DNA from: Octopus sinensis
Lineage: Eukaryota
Assembly (NCBI RefSeq): GCF_006345805.1
Contig: NC_043002.1
Coordinates: forward strand, 2,604,001 to 2,668,000
Length of the DNA: 64,000 bases
Reading direction: 5' to 3'
The stretch's first letter is position 1, and every line of letters starts with the position of its first letter. This document shows, in pieces, positions 38,059-52,678 of the stretch. The notes below the pieces were generated by a model, which was not told where the DNA came from, searched no databases, and was given only the letters and a program-made list of their open reading frames with translations. Both the position numbers and the translations under genes were made by a program.

Positions 38059-38944
38059 ACTTCAGTTGAAAATACATTAACGCTATAAAACATTTCCAAA
38101 TATTCTGCCTTCTTCCACTGCAAAGCTTCGTCCATTTTAACACTACAACCACATAACGTAATTTGCCGACTAATCAGTATACTATAGATCTCCTTTCATC
38201 CAGTCTGATGAGATCTTTTATGCCCCATCAGCATCACCTAGAGGAATTATAATAGTAACTGTGAACATACTCGATTGGAGTTGCTCAGTTTTATTACTCA
38301 GGGCTAAAACTTTTTCTGTTTCAACAACGTCACTTTGATGGCGGTTTCAGCTCCGTCAACCTCTCTCTCTTCGTTTTCTCACGTAATATGCTTCTTGCAC
38401 GCTTTCCTCTATAAAACAAACATACAAACGATTCAACATCAGACTTTCTTAGGGATTCTTCCCTAACCTAATACGTATTTCATTGTACAAAAGAGATACT
38501 CCACCCCGCACCCAGAATGTTAATTATATTTAATCTTCAGCAGAAAACAAAATCAAATACAGCTTTCTAATCTTTCTTAAATCTTTTATATCCTAAATTC
38601 AAATTCCTTTTTAACCAATCGCAAGTGAAGCAAATTTTTGATGAAAGTGGCATCAAGGTGAGTTAGATCTGTATAAAAAAAATATCAGCGGTTTAGTAAG
38701 AATTGCCAAAGAGTTATTCCGAACAACATTCGGGAAAACGATTGCAAAATTAAGAGAAAAGAGATCTGTTTGGGAATGAAAAATTTCAAACAAAAACCAA
38801 TATCAATCAAATGAAGGTAAAATGTTAGGTCAGCAATATAGAATCAATATTCTATTGGCTGAACTAAGAAACATTTAAAATCTGTTATCTCAATTTTAAA
38901 TCTATCGACAAGAATGAAGTGGATTCCAAACCATTATTCAGATA

Positions 38945-39106
38945 CTAGTTAAGGTCAAACAACTGAAAGCAAATCTGTGGTATTGAGCAGAATATTTGCT
39001 GTAGCCCATCTTTTATACCAAGACAAAACAGTGTACATGATAACACTTCCAATCAGCTAAGATCAGGAGCCATGAGAGCCACTGCCTGGTACTGCATCGG
39101 GGCATT
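38945..39106 (+). mobile_element. Family E repeat with (ATT)n tail
   Basis: Reverse-complement match to 29529-29695. Confidence 0.75.
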
Positions 39107-40069
39107 TATTATTATTATTCCTATTTGACGAAAACTCTCAGCTTATTTTGCTGGGTATGATGGAAAGTGTCAGCTGTCCCCAGCCAGCAGACTAAGTCGA
39201 TGTTTATTGATCATGCTCCAAGAACCCTGCGGTGAACTCTTGCAGTTCCAATCAATGGCGATTTTGGTAGGTGTTCTATCTTTACATCTGTACCAAAGTT
39301 TTTGAGTCACGTTGGTGGAATTGGTGCTCATACTCTCAAATGCACCAATCTTGTCTTGGCTGTCACGACCATTCTCTTCATTGCCCACAACCTGTGTATT
39401 TCCGACGAGCACTGGGGGGGGGCGATATAATCGCGTTACCCCTACCCCGCGAAATTGCAGATCTTGTGTCAAAATTTTAAACCACCACCACCATTACTAC
39501 TACTACTACAACCACTACTACTACTACTAGTACTACCACTACAACGTTACATATATAGTGTTAGCAGTTGCTTAGCTCAACGTTACACCAGTTTATGTGA
39601 GGTGAAATCACTGAACGAATTTGTAGACAACATCCACGACTGGCCTCGTGCTTTGGTCTCACTTCTAACTGGTTGCGTGTGTAGCAACAACACTCCTCTA
39701 CACAAAAATATATTCAGAGGGAGAGAGAGAGTGAGGGAGGGTGAGAGGAAGAGCGAGAGAGAAGGTGAGAAAGAGAGACCAATGAATCGGCGAGAAACAT
39801 GAGAAGCCGTTCGTTCTCGCATATTTCATTAAAAGCACGAGTTTTGTGTATTTTTCAATATATATTTTTAATTTATCGCGTTCCTTCGTTGTTCCTTTGA
39901 TGCTATTAGGAGCTTCTATAAATGTTTCACCAGCTCTGTAATAAAATATAAACTACACCTGTACACACCTTCATCTACATACACACTATATAAAGCAATA
40001 TTATATAACATAAAACAACTATAATAATAACGATAATAATAATAATAATGATTATTATTGTTTCAAATT

Positions 40070-40442
40070 TTTTTCCACATGGGCAGCTTGGGGGAGGTGG
40101 GGAAGAGTAAATTGCATCCACCCAGTATTCAACTGGTACTTAATATATCGACCTCAAAAGGATGAAATGCAAAGTCGACCTCGGCGGAAATTGAACTCAG
40201 AACGTAGAGGCAGACGAAATACCTATTTCTTTACTACTAAACACAGAGAGGACAAACAAGGACAGACAAACGGATTAAATCGATTATATCGACCCCAGTG
40301 CGTAACTGGTCCTTAACTTATCGACCCCGAAAGGATGAAAGGCAAAGTCGACCTCGGCGGAATTTTAACTCAGAACGTAGCGGCAGACAACATACTGATA
40401 AGCATTTCGCCCGGCGTGCTAACGTTTCTTCCAGCTCGCTCC
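40070..40442 (-). mobile_element. Two head-to-tail copies of SINE family B with different 3' tails, next to (AAT)n
   Basis: GCAAAGTCGACCTCGGCGGAA occurs twice. The right copy has the Tx1-like tail TTTCTTTACTACTAAACACAGAGAGGACAAACAAGG. Confidence 0.85.
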
Positions 40443-40521
<79 letters not shown>

Positions 40522-40779
40522 CAACAGCAGCAACAATAATAATAATAATACTATATGGACCTCTGTTGAGAACCAATGTTTTAAAGTATGTAGCGTACAA
40601 CAGAAAGTATCTATTGGCAAATAAATATGTATGTTATGACGAATCTAAACAACTTTACTACACAATATTATGTTCCGTGATATGGAAAAAAGGTGATGCG
40701 GAACTGTTTGACTCTCGTTGGAATTCTATCACAGCAGCTGTGCACCCACCCTAAATATCCACGAACACAATACTTATAA

Positions 40780-41105
40780 GCCCAGTAATGTTAGGAGGTG
40801 AAGTACTCTGGATAAACCAATTTGCATATTCCAATTGGCTCTCGCTCTGCTGTGTCTTCAATCTGTCTTTTCTTCTGCTCTCTAACGAATTCTCTGCACC
40901 TCACAGATTATTTAGGGTTCTTGTAACTCTTAGTCATTTCCATCTAACTTGTCTCATCTCCATTCAAGCATATTCTGACAACCTCCTCCCCATCCAAGAC
41001 AGTAATAACTAGTTCTTCCAATCCTTTCCCCAGCAAATGCCAACCCTCTGGAATTCTTTCCGTGTACAAGTTTTCTCTTTTGCTACCAACTTGTAAATCT
41101 TCAAA
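40780..41105 (+). mobile_element. Decayed CR1/Jockey-group LINE 3' end
   Basis: Scraps SLCCVF (cf. SLCxFY) and CCTTTCCCCAGCAAATGCCAACCCTCTGGAATTCTTTCC (cf. SFFPRTxxLWNSLP), ending ACTTGTAAATCTTCAAA. Confidence 0.5.
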
Positions 41106-41590
41106 ATATATATATATATATTACATTAACTATATTGATTTTACCGTCTGGGAGGGCCAACGGAAGACCAGTGGAAGCCACAGGTACAGCACTTTCCATC
41201 AATGAAACACACATACAGGGAATTCGGGATAAATATCACAGTTTGCATAAAATGAAGAGAACACCAAAAACAAAAGTATTTTAAAAATCAGAAGATATCA
41301 ACTCGATTATGGCTGGGAGATATAAATGGAACAAAAACGCAATAGAGGGCAATAAAACATTCGGACAGACAAACGACACAAATGTGAACAAGAGAAACAA
41401 CAATTAGAAGGACAGGTAAAAGAAAGGCGGATCATTCTTGGCTTTCTTTCATCAGTCAAGTACCAGAAGTCACGACCATTTCGGACAGTTACACTTGAGA
41501 TGGTTCGATTTGGTTGTCCCCAAAAAGTCTAAGCAATGAGCGTTAGAACCCTTTGTAAGAAAGCTATATATATGTATACACAGGTATGTA

Positions 41591-41663
<73 letters not shown>

Positions 41664-42119
41664 TAAATTGATAACATAAATAAGCCTTTAAGATGGAATT
41701 GATTAAAATTGACTCATCGCTTAAAGACAATTCCATACCCCCTAAAAACTCTTATCTCAAGGAATAAATAGATCTTGCTGATGTTTGTCAATTGAATCTC
41801 TTCTCCATTTTCTTCCTTGCCTTATATAAATTCTGGATAAACTTTCGTTTACCTCCACTCATACCTATTAAGCAATTGCGCTATTGCTTTACAACAGTAA
41901 GCATTTGGATATAAATTGGTATCCGTCCAGTAGTATATTGGATATTTATTATCCCTCGAATGGCTGTCTAACCTCCATCTCATATATACTTATATATGTG
42001 TGTATGTATATATGTATATGCGTCTTATGCGATGTCCTTGGTCATCGTCGATAACGACAGATTAACTATCAATAATACATACATACATATATGTGTGTGT
42101 ATGAGTGTGTGTGTGTTTG

Positions 42120-42189
<70 letters not shown>

Positions 42190-42384
42190 GTGAGTGTGTG
42201 TGTGTGTGTGTGGGTAAATGTTCTGTGAGTTCATTTGCTTTTTTTGTTGTTATTGCTGTGTGATTTACTGTTTGACGTCGACTTGATCTTATCAAGATGG
42301 ATGAGCAGAAACGATCGGACATTTCGCTCCCACGTTTTTGATTAGTAATATTCGCTTTATTTCTTTATATAATCCAAGTTATAA

Positions 42385-42980
42385 TCGGGCCTTCGTCGGT
42401 TACGACGACGAGGGTTCCAGTTGCTCCGACCAACGGAACAGCCTACCCGTGAAATTAACATGCAAGTGGCTGAGCACTCCACAGGCATGCGATCCCTTAA
42501 GGTAGTTCTCAGAGAGATTCAATATGACACAGAATTTCTTCTACTCTAGGCACAAGGCCCGAAATTTCGGGTGGAGGCCGTTGATTAGATCGACCCCAGT
42601 ACGCAACTGGTACTTAATTTTTCGACCCCGAAGGGATGAAAGGCAAAGTCTACCTCTGAAGTAAATATTCTTTTCTACTCTAGGCACAAGGCCCAAAATT
42701 TGGGGGGAGGAGTCCAATCCATTAGATCGCCCCCAGTACGCAACTGGTACTTAATTTATCGACCCTGAAAAGCAAAGTCGACCTCGGTGGATAGTATGAC
42801 AGAATACGATAAGGCTGGTCCTTTTAATTACAGGTGTTACTCATTTTTGCCAGCTGAACGGACTGGAGAAACGTGAAATAAAGTGTCTTGCCCAAGGAGA
42901 TTATGCGTCGCTAGGGATTGAACTCACAATCTTACGATCGTGAGCCGATTACCCTAACCACTAAGTCACTCGCCTTCACT
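42385..42980 (-). mobile_element. SINE family C interrupted by a cluster of partial family B copies (42535-42790)
   Basis: Family C halves lie on either side, with TATGACACAGAAT / TATGACAGAAT flanking the insert. The insert contains repeated GCACAAGGCCC..CCCCAGTACGCAACTGGTACTTAATT units. Confidence 0.75.
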
Positions 42981-43139
42981 TGTAAATTATAACAGTAATC
43001 TTCAAAGTTTGTCGGGTGGGAGAAGAAATTTGGTTTTACCTCTCTTTTGCGAAAATATTTATTTCCGAGATTTTCTGGAAAGTAAGGTTCATGAGTTTTT
43101 TTCTTATTTATTTACTCTTTGTCGAGCTCCTGTATTATT

Positions 43140-43265
43140 TTATATTTTTCTTTTCGAGGGTCGATAAATTAGGTACCAGTTGCGTACTGGGATAGTTCTT
43201 ATCTACTCCCCGCCTCGCCCCACAAAGCATTTCGGGCCCTGCGCCTAGAGTGGAAAAGAATATTT
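43140..43265 (+). mobile_element. SINE family B 3' fragment
   Basis: GGGTCGATAAATTAGGTACCAGTTGCGTACTGGG..GGGCCCTGCGCCTAGAGTGGAAAAGAA. Confidence 0.75.
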
Positions 43266-43699
43266 TATATTTTTTTATTTTCACTGAGCTATTGTTTATT
43301 TTGATTATGAGAGAATAGTTTTCATACAAATTTTGGTTTTTCAACAAACTCTCTGCTCTGGGAGAATACTTGATAAATAGATTCTCTGAGACTAATTTAC
43401 CATGTTGAACTCTGACTTTGCTTTTAATTTCCTTTGTTTTCCTTCAGCTCCAAATACGATAATAGCAGAGAAGATATTTATCAAAACAAACGTTTCTGTT
43501 GATGTTTTTCCCTGTTAGATGCATATTTTTCATGGCCTTCTTTCTCCTTCTTCTAATTTTACTCATCGCTCCAGCTTTGTTTCCCACTAGTCTATATAAA
43601 ATTTACTGTTTGTTTTATTCACACGTGCACTTCTATCGCTGATTTCTACCTATTTATATTGATATTATTTGCTGGGGTTTTTTTTTGTGCTTTGTTTGG

Positions 43700-43747
<48 letters not shown>

Positions 43748-44027
43748 TTAGTTTTTAATGTAATCTTAACACTCTTCTCCAGTGTATATGGGTATATATT
43801 TGTGTGTATGTGTCTATGACTGTGTGAGTATGCATTCATATATACATATATATATATATGTATATATATATGCATGTATGTATGTATATATATATATACA
43901 TATATACATATACACACATTTCGTCTCTCTCTCTCTTTCTTTCTTTCTCTTATTGTATATAACCATTATGTATAATAAATATCATATTCACTTATACAAA
44001 TATGTACATACATACATATATATATAT

Positions 44028-44067
<40 letters not shown>

Positions 44068-44084
44068 GTATGTATGTATGTATA

Positions 44085-44117
<33 letters not shown>

Positions 44118-44325
44118 CATATATATATACATACATATATATATACCAACATATACATACACACACACAGAGTAGGGAGGCAGAGAGATAGATGGATAGA
44201 TAGGTAGGTAGGTAGGTAGGTAGGTAGGTAGATAGGTAGGTAGATAGGTAGGTAGGTAGGTAGGTAGGTAGGTAGGTAGGTAGGTAGGTAGTCAGAGAGA
44301 TAGACAGGCTGATACATAGATAGAC

Positions 44326-44449
<124 letters not shown>

Positions 44450-46094
44450 GTATTATTCCATTGCAAAAATCTTCCTTTTCTAACACTGCATTATTTAAAA
44501 GCTGTGTGTTTTCACGATTGTCTGTTTAACTTTGTCGATGAGGTTTATTGTTAATCAAAGAACTCAGACTTTTGTCTAAATATTCTAAACACTTTCACCC
44601 GAAATTGATTTTATTTTTTCCTCAATAATTAAATTCTTTCTCAGAAGTATCGAATTCCTCTTCCTTTCTCTCATTTTTGTTTATCTTTCTCTTCTCTCCC
44701 CTTTCCCACTCTCTCCTACTCTCTCTCTCCCACTCCCTTCTTCTCTCTCTCATATTCTCTCCCTCTCACTTCCTCTCTCCTTACTCTTATGAATGATATT
44801 CTGTTTCTTTCTTTTCTTCTTCACTTCTCTCTCCTTATTCTCCTCTCTTTTTATCTTCCTTTTCATTCTTTTCCCTTTCTCTTGTTGTTTTTCTCTTAAT
44901 CATAGTTTTACTATTTCTCCCTCTAACACTCTCTCTCTCACTCTTTCTCCCTCTCTTTATTTCCCCTTCTTCCTCCATCTCCAACTCTTCCACCCGCATT
45001 TCACATTCATTGATTTCTTCCCTTTTTTCATCACCTCTTCTCTTTCCTCATCCTCCTCTTCTCTTCTCTCATCCTCTGTTTCTCTTCATCACCCCCTATA
45101 TTTACCCATTTTTTCTTCATCCTTATTTCCCTATCCCCCCCCCATTTATTTGCCCCTCTTTTGTTTATCTCTATCCTCCTACTACCACCCATCCATCGTA
45201 TAATTCCCTTCTCCTCCTACTATCTCAACCAATCTCTCTCCCACTCTCAAACGCAACTCCTGCCGCAATAGTATTCATGTTTTTTGTTAGTCAAAACCCG
45301 ATGAGGTGGTTAACAGTCGAATGAATTGATTCTGTTGTAAACGTGAAACTTAGCTATAATTAGCTCTCCACCCCCCGCACACACACACACCGAGACACAC
45401 AGCTATAATCCCTAAAACACTCGTCTATTGTTCCATCTTCCCTCTGCCAATGTTGTCTGCTCAATGATATTCCAATGCGCAGAAGAGAACTGGGCAGAAA
45501 GCAGAAGATAATCATGACGCTGTTGTGACATTCATTCCTTTACCAAACTAATTTACCGACGTAAATTGAGTGAACGTTCGTCGATCGGCGATTGAAACAT
45601 TGCAGCCGAAGCCTTGAACCACCCCATTTATAAATCTCTCCCTTTTTTATGATTATTATTAGCAATGACTGAATCAGAAAGAGAGAAAAAAAGCAAGCAG
45701 CCATGATCTTTTTTTAAAAGCCTTTAAGACTGGGGAAAAGAATGGAGTTCTCTAAAGACAGAAGACCTGGCCTGAATGCCTGCGACACAGGGGCCTCCAC
45801 CAGCTGATTGTGTTACATAAGGAGAGAGAGAAAGCCACCAACCCAAAAGACTTAGGCCCACCGATTTCTATGCAGTTTTCCTCTAAACTGTCATGGCTTT
45901 AGTTGAGCCACGGTTTATCATTTCAACTCGCTTATCAAAAGTGTATCATTGTGAGATTGAACTAGAATTCACGAATTCATGAATTCTCGTTCAATCTCTC
46001 AATGAATTCTTAAGCACACAACTACGTTCGCTCCTTCTTCAATAGATGAAGCATAATGACTTTAATGGGAAATTGTCGACCAAATAATACATTC

Positions 46095-46220
46095 AATAGG
46101 CTTTGGTCGGCCCGTGGCTGTAGTAGAGAAGACACTTGCCCAAGGTGCTACGCAGTGGGACTGAACCCGGAACCATGTGGTTGGTAAGCAAGCTACTTAC
46201 TACACAGTCATGCCTGCGTT
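46095..46220 (-). mobile_element. CORE-type SINE family A 5' part
   Basis: AGAAGACACTTGCCCAAGGTGCTACGCAGTGGGACTGAACCC. Confidence 0.8.
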
Positions 46221-46609
46221 TATATATGAAGATAACTAAGAGACAAAGCGGAACTGGGCCGAAGTGATGTACTAAAGGCCGAGCGGTGATTTGTAAAATA
46301 ATCGCTTATAGTCGAATGGTCCAGAGGTAAGAAGACCCTACAAAACTAAACTACGTGGGTATACATAAAAAATAGGGGGAATGGCATTGAATGTATTTAT
46401 GAGGCGGGAAAAGGAACGATAGCTAAAACTGTGTGAGAAGCATTGCTCTCTAAAGTATACCATTGTCTCGCTTTGGAATCGTCTCGTTCTATAATGGTTT
46501 TCTTTCTTGTTTTTTTATCAGCAATAAATTCTGGGATGATTGAAAACTTTGGTTTTGGCCCTGGTGATATTTTATCCGCTATTCATATGACATCAACCAT
46601 CACTCAGTC

Positions 46610-46619
46610 GACAAGTAGC

Positions 46620-46661
<42 letters not shown>

Positions 46662-46740
46662 GGTGGTGGTGGTGGTGGTGGTGGTGGTGGTGGTGGTGGT
46701 GGTGGTGGCGGGGTCGGCGGTGGTGGGGAGGGGGTTGGTG

Positions 46741-46826
<86 letters not shown>

Positions 46827-47235
46827 CATGTATCATCCTTATTACCACGGTTAGAAGCATGAGAATTGATGAGACATACAAAAGGAGTCGAGCAGACTGA
46901 AAAAGCTAAAATATATTCCGTTCTACAAATCTGTGACAAGCCATTTGACATTCTCTCCTCTTCTTCTGCCTTCTTCTTCTTCTTTCTCTTCTTCTTCTTC
47001 TTCTTATTCTTCTTCTTCTTCTTCTTCTTCTTCTTCTCCATCTTCTTCTCCTTTTTCCTCATCTTCTGCCTTTTTCTTCTACCTTCTTCTTCTTCTGCCT
47101 TCTTCTTCTTCTTCTACCTTCTTCTTCTGCCTTCTTCTTCTTCTTCTTCTTCTTCTTCTTCTTCTTCTTCTTCTTCTTCACCTTCTTCTTCTTCTTCTTC
47201 TTCTTCTTCTTCTTCTTCTTCTTCTTCTTCTTCTT
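46610..47235. repeat. (AGT)n/(GGT)n and (TTC)n microsatellite block
   Basis: Directly visible. Confidence 0.9.
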
Positions 47236-47457
47236 GTACACAATCAATATGAACTGAAAAGAGATGGGTAGGATAGGTTTACAATACACAAAACCAAAAT
47301 ATCAGATTGGAACGGTAAACGTTACTCGATATTTCCATTTCTAACAATCCAGTATTCTTGGTGCCGACTGTTGTTGAGCACAACAAATAAAACAGATTCT
47401 GCCGGTATTTCTAAAAGTTCTTAGAGAGTGGAGAGGTTCCCTCATTGGCAGTCTTAC

Positions 47458-47529
47458 TTGTGTACACAAGTAGGAACCGTTGGTATTAATGCATTTACCA
47501 AAAACGGTCATGAAACGGTGTACCTTCGC
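47458..47529 (-). CDS. Candidate isolated 72-nt coding exon with a cbEGF-like C-x-N-T-x-G-S-Y-x-C motif
   Basis: CTAACCAG| gcg aag ... aca caa |GTAAGA translates as AKVHRFMTVFGKCINTNGSYLCTQ, the only open frame. The other EGF cysteines are absent and no neighbouring exons were found. Confidence 0.25.
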
Positions 47530-48364
47530 CTGGTTAGTTGAGTTTAAAAAATTCTTCGTTATTATTACCTCCCCTTGTTCCAATGGATTGGTTTACAAAT
47601 TAAAAAACGTGGTTTCAAGAAATTTGGGTTTGTTTGGCTGAGCGAACAGACGAGACAGAGTAATGTCGACAGTCTTCTTTCTATTTCGAGGCTCGAAATT
47701 ACACACATTTTAACCCCATCTCAGGTTCTGTCTCTTCCTCTCTCCTCCTCCTCCTCCTCTTGCCGCCTACATCTCCTTCCTCCTTCTCTCTTCAATTGTC
47801 AAGTAATTACAACAACTACTGCCACTACCACTGCTACTCTTACACAACCTGCCATCACATCTACTTTCACTATCACAATAATACCATTACCATTACTACT
47901 ACTACTGCTACTACTACTACTACTACTACTACTACAACTCCTGCAGTTGAGGCAGAAACACTACTGCTATCACTCCCACCAACTCTACTATCACTACTAC
48001 TATCACCACTGCTACCACCACCACAACCACTATCACCATCACAATTACCACTACTACTGCTACTGTTGCTGCTACTACTACTATTACTACTATTATTGTT
48101 ACTATCATTGATATAACGTATTCCACCAGCTCTATCACTTCACTAACCTAGTAATAATGAGCCAATGCTGGAGCCTCTGTGTGGTGATTCCGGCTGCTAG
48201 GAATCACAGCCAAATTGCCCTCAGATTACATCGTATTGTCTTTCAAAAAAACAGCTAACGTAGTCCTGGATATTCATTGAAAAAAACGTGATGGTACCGG
48301 TTGGAATGTCTCAGTTCAATGGTCTACTCAACTAAGGTTGATATGAGGCTACACAACAACAAGG

Positions 48365-48415
<51 letters not shown>

Positions 48416-51400
48416 TACTACTACTGCTATTACTACTACCACTACTACTACTAATACCAACACTATTGTTATTCTTGTTGCTACTGTCAGTGCAACAGCT
48501 GTTGGCAGCGTTGCTGCCAATGTTGCTTTATAACCATCAGTTGTTCTTGGCATTCTGTTGAATATTTTGGCTGAAGATATCGTGAGAAGACCGCCAGGAG
48601 GGGTCTGAACTAAATTCCTAAGAATGTTCAGCAGTTTCTCTTTGGTTTCACACACGAAATATGAAATTCAACAGGGATCGACATTACATTTCATTCTGTC
48701 GATGGCGGGAGATTGTTGCACCAGAATAATTCAATCGCATAAAAACCCCACCACCACCACCACCAGCATCCCTTACAAAAGAATAGCTTGACAGAAAAGC
48801 TCGATTAATTCAATTATTGTAAGAAGTGTGGATTATAAAATCTGGAAAGTCAGTGCGAGCGTGATAGAACGACAAAATGTGGCGCTGTTACTCGAGTCTT
48901 TAAATTCCTCGCTTCTGATGCTAATGTGAACTTATGAAACTCTCATATTGCGTTATTGTTACCGACCTATACCAACACTAGTTGCCCCTGTTTCTTAGTT
49001 CCCCTTACAATCATTAACGTACCTTCTTAAATCAATATGTCGGCCTTTAGCTGCACATCGCACAGCAAAACATCAACTCCCGCCATGAGAAAGATGTGAG
49101 TGACTTTCAAAGCTCGCTAACAGGAAACTCACTTCATTTTCACCACAAATGCTTATCAACAAGATGTGAACTGTGAATAATTTTATCTCATTTTCTCTGC
49201 GCTTGTAAGTGAATATGAGATTTAAGGTATTTGTGTATAAAAGAAGCGCTGAAGGTCAATTACAGATACAGGCACATTCTCGTACACTCATCCCAACAGA
49301 TATATACGCAGGCGTGTGTGTATATTATAAGTGTGAATAGGTGTGTGTGTTCGCATGATTCATCGTGTTAATGGAGATTCCAGAAAGCTAATGACACGTC
49401 TCTCTTCCTAATAAATTTAATTAATGAGCTGTAGATTAAATTATGCTGAAGATTTGGAAAAAAGAATGAAATAGTGCTCTACATGAGTATCGACGACTAA
49501 AAATTCTAAAAAGTTTGTAATCTAAAAATACATGAACTGCATGCATTTTCTTAATTTCAAATTCAAATTTCTAATCCAGCTTCGGGCGGGAAAAGATTAT
49601 TATCTCCTTTGTTTTAAATATATGTCGTACAAGGGTACTACATATATTTGAATGATTCTACCAGTGACCTAATAAGAATTCACGGTAAACGTTTGACAAT
49701 GGTTTTGTGAAATCGTTTGTAACTATTTTGAGACTGCTGGCTACTATAAGACAGCCTCATGGGGTAGAATTTCCCCGGAAAATGGTTATCATGCTGCATA
49801 TAAACTCTAAGAATGTTGCCTTGTTTCTCTCAATTCTTTTACTAATTTTCTGTGAAAGAAAAAAACATTGTAATTAATCCAGCTTGTAAATAATCTCAAG
49901 TTTAATTTTAATAAAATGCCTCTCTTCGTAATATATCTAATCAATAAATTATAGGTTAAACTAGAGCGAAGACTTCTAAAAAGAATGAAATAGTGCTATA
50001 AATGACTACCATCCACCCCAACGAAAAATTGTAAGGACTTTAAAATAGAAAAGATATAGGTAAAACTCTATACATCCCTTAATTTTAAATTTAAATTTCT
50101 AATCCCGCTTCGAGGGCAGCACATGTAATGTATCATTGGTCTCTTCCTAAAAGCATGTTTCTGAGCCTTCGAGTTCGTACTGTCAGCATGCAAACCATAA
50201 AAAGGATGCCACGATCTATCATCTTATTTTCCGTGTCTTCATCTTCCGTTTTCTAAGTGAATGGAAAGTGAACCTTTGTCGAATAAACAACCGTTGTCAA
50301 CTCGACAGTCCGCGAGGACATTCATAGCTAAAAGTCGACGATGGAGATAATTTCTTTGCCATTATTCTATAACATCCAAAAACAACTAAAAAAACATCAT
50401 GCAGCTGTAAAAAATACGGGATCTGCTTTTATTTTGGACAAATACAATTTCATCGAATATCTCGCTTAAGGATTCAGCCCAGCACTAAGTGGTGCCTTGG
50501 CGACGATTCGATCCTGCGAAGCAGTTTTTATTTCCTGATTAAACCATTTCACTTCAATCAGATCCGGTTGCTTATAACTTTGCGAAGATCAGAATTCCAG
50601 AAGTTTGCCACCAGCGGAAACTTACAATGTTATGATGCGGCTTGGATTACATATTTCTGAAGATAAAATGATTATATCTTTACTGGGACCCTATTAACTA
50701 AGATTTTGAAATTCTCTCCTCATTTCTCTCAGCAATCTGATATCGATGTATACGCTTACGTGTGTGCGTGTGTGTGTGTGTGTGCGTGTGTGTGTGTGTG
50801 TGTGTGCGTGTGTGTGTGCGTGTGTGTGTGTGTGCGTGCATGTGTGTGTGTGCGTGTGTGTGTGTGTGTGCGCGCGTGCGTGCGTGTGTGTGTGTGTGCG
50901 TGTGTGTGTGTGAGTGCGTGTGAGTGTGTGTGTGTGTGTGCATGTGTGTGTATGTGTGCATGTGTGTGTGCATGTGTGTGCGTGTGTGTGTGTAAGTACA
51001 TACATAATATTTACGCAAGTTTTTCGAACGAATCATTACTTAAATATCACACTTCAAATCAACAGAAGACACACGTGACGTATGATCTGATAAAATGTTG
51101 ATATCCCGTTGCATACACGTGATACCCAAACAATTTATTATTCCCTGCACACAAGTCTGATCGTCTTTCATCTTACGTTCATCTTTATACAAAAATTATC
51201 TCCAGCGTCTCAAAAGGGCTTCAAATTAAGAAAAGCTTCTCTGTAGCCGCCCCCAACTATTTTAACAAAAACAATATCAGTTTTTCACTTCTAGCTAATC
51301 CTGAATATTCCTAAAACGATAAAGAAATTCGTGAAATCAAGCATAAATAAATCCATTTAAACTTTTCAGTTCCGATTCTTATATTTGTCTCCCGAAAGAA

Positions 51401-51999
51401 TTGCTATCTTTCGAATCGCCTCCGGCTAAATTCAAATCGTGTAAAGGTTCCTTTCTCGGCGTCTTGTCTAACAGTTAACTCCAACATTTTACTATTAATG
51501 GCCTATCTTGGCCAAATCACAAGTACGCCTGCAGCAATAATTGCATCCAAATGTTCAACTTGAGAGCTAGAAATAACTTCGGTTCTCAGTTGGGGGTTTA
51601 AATTATTTCCTACTCATTCCTTGAACAACGTGTCCGATGCATAACGATCTCAAACTATTTTGCATGATCTCAGAGAATTCTAGCGGAGAGATAGTTTCAC
51701 ATTTAGCTTATCAAACTCCCCGCCGTACAAGATGTAATTTCCAATATAGAATTCATTGGCATCCTCTTCTATATCAATTTCAAAGATTTAACATCCTTTA
51801 GTGTCACGAAATGCGAAGAGTGTGGTCTCTTTTTGTACATAACAAGTGTGTGTGTGTGTGTGTGTGTGTGTTGGATGTGTATATATATATAATGGTTGCC
51901 GAGCAGTGAGAGTCAAACGGAAACACGTGCATACACATAACCAGACACAAACACACGTATAAATATAAATGTATGCATGATGTATGTGTGTAGATAGAC

Positions 52000-52116
<117 letters not shown>

Positions 52117-52598
52117 TACATACATACATACATACATACATATGCAGATACTGATATCTTTACATAAATCTGCTCACCTGACCAATAATAAATAAAGTGA
52201 CATCATTCAGGAATAGATGAAAGTCGTGTGACCTCTTGTTGAGAAGGAAACTTCTTATAATTCGCCAAACAACTTCAATCTTAAAGGAAAGAATTCACTT
52301 TACTTTGCTCTGCCGACATGTAGCTAAATTGTTTGCTGTGAACTTCAAAACAGACCCTTTTAACACAGCAAACATAACGATATCACACCAAAGACTCAGT
52401 GAGGGGACATGAAATATATCACAGCTAAGGTAAACCGTTCGGCAGTTGACAATCGTTTCTCTTCGCACATTTGTACAATATTCGTCCAAAACCCTGGACT
52501 TTTGGTTAGGTTTTATAACCCCGACACATGGCAAACATATATTAAACGTTATGCCTTTCTAACACAACGTATTGGGAACTACAAAAGATGCACATACG

Positions 52599-52678
<80 letters not shown>

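Noticed and set aside
39170-39420. RTE-like C-terminal wording (KLWYRCKDRTPTKIAIDWN) on the minus strand
   Set aside because: Similarity is too thin to call without a search.
41440-41495. Possible type-II hammerhead (GAAA..GTC before CTGATGA on the minus strand)
   Set aside because: Stems I and II cannot be formed.
49051-49095. 45-nt TTTAG/GTGAGT-bounded segment (LHIAQQNINSRHEKD)
   Set aside because: No homology or partner exons that I can support.
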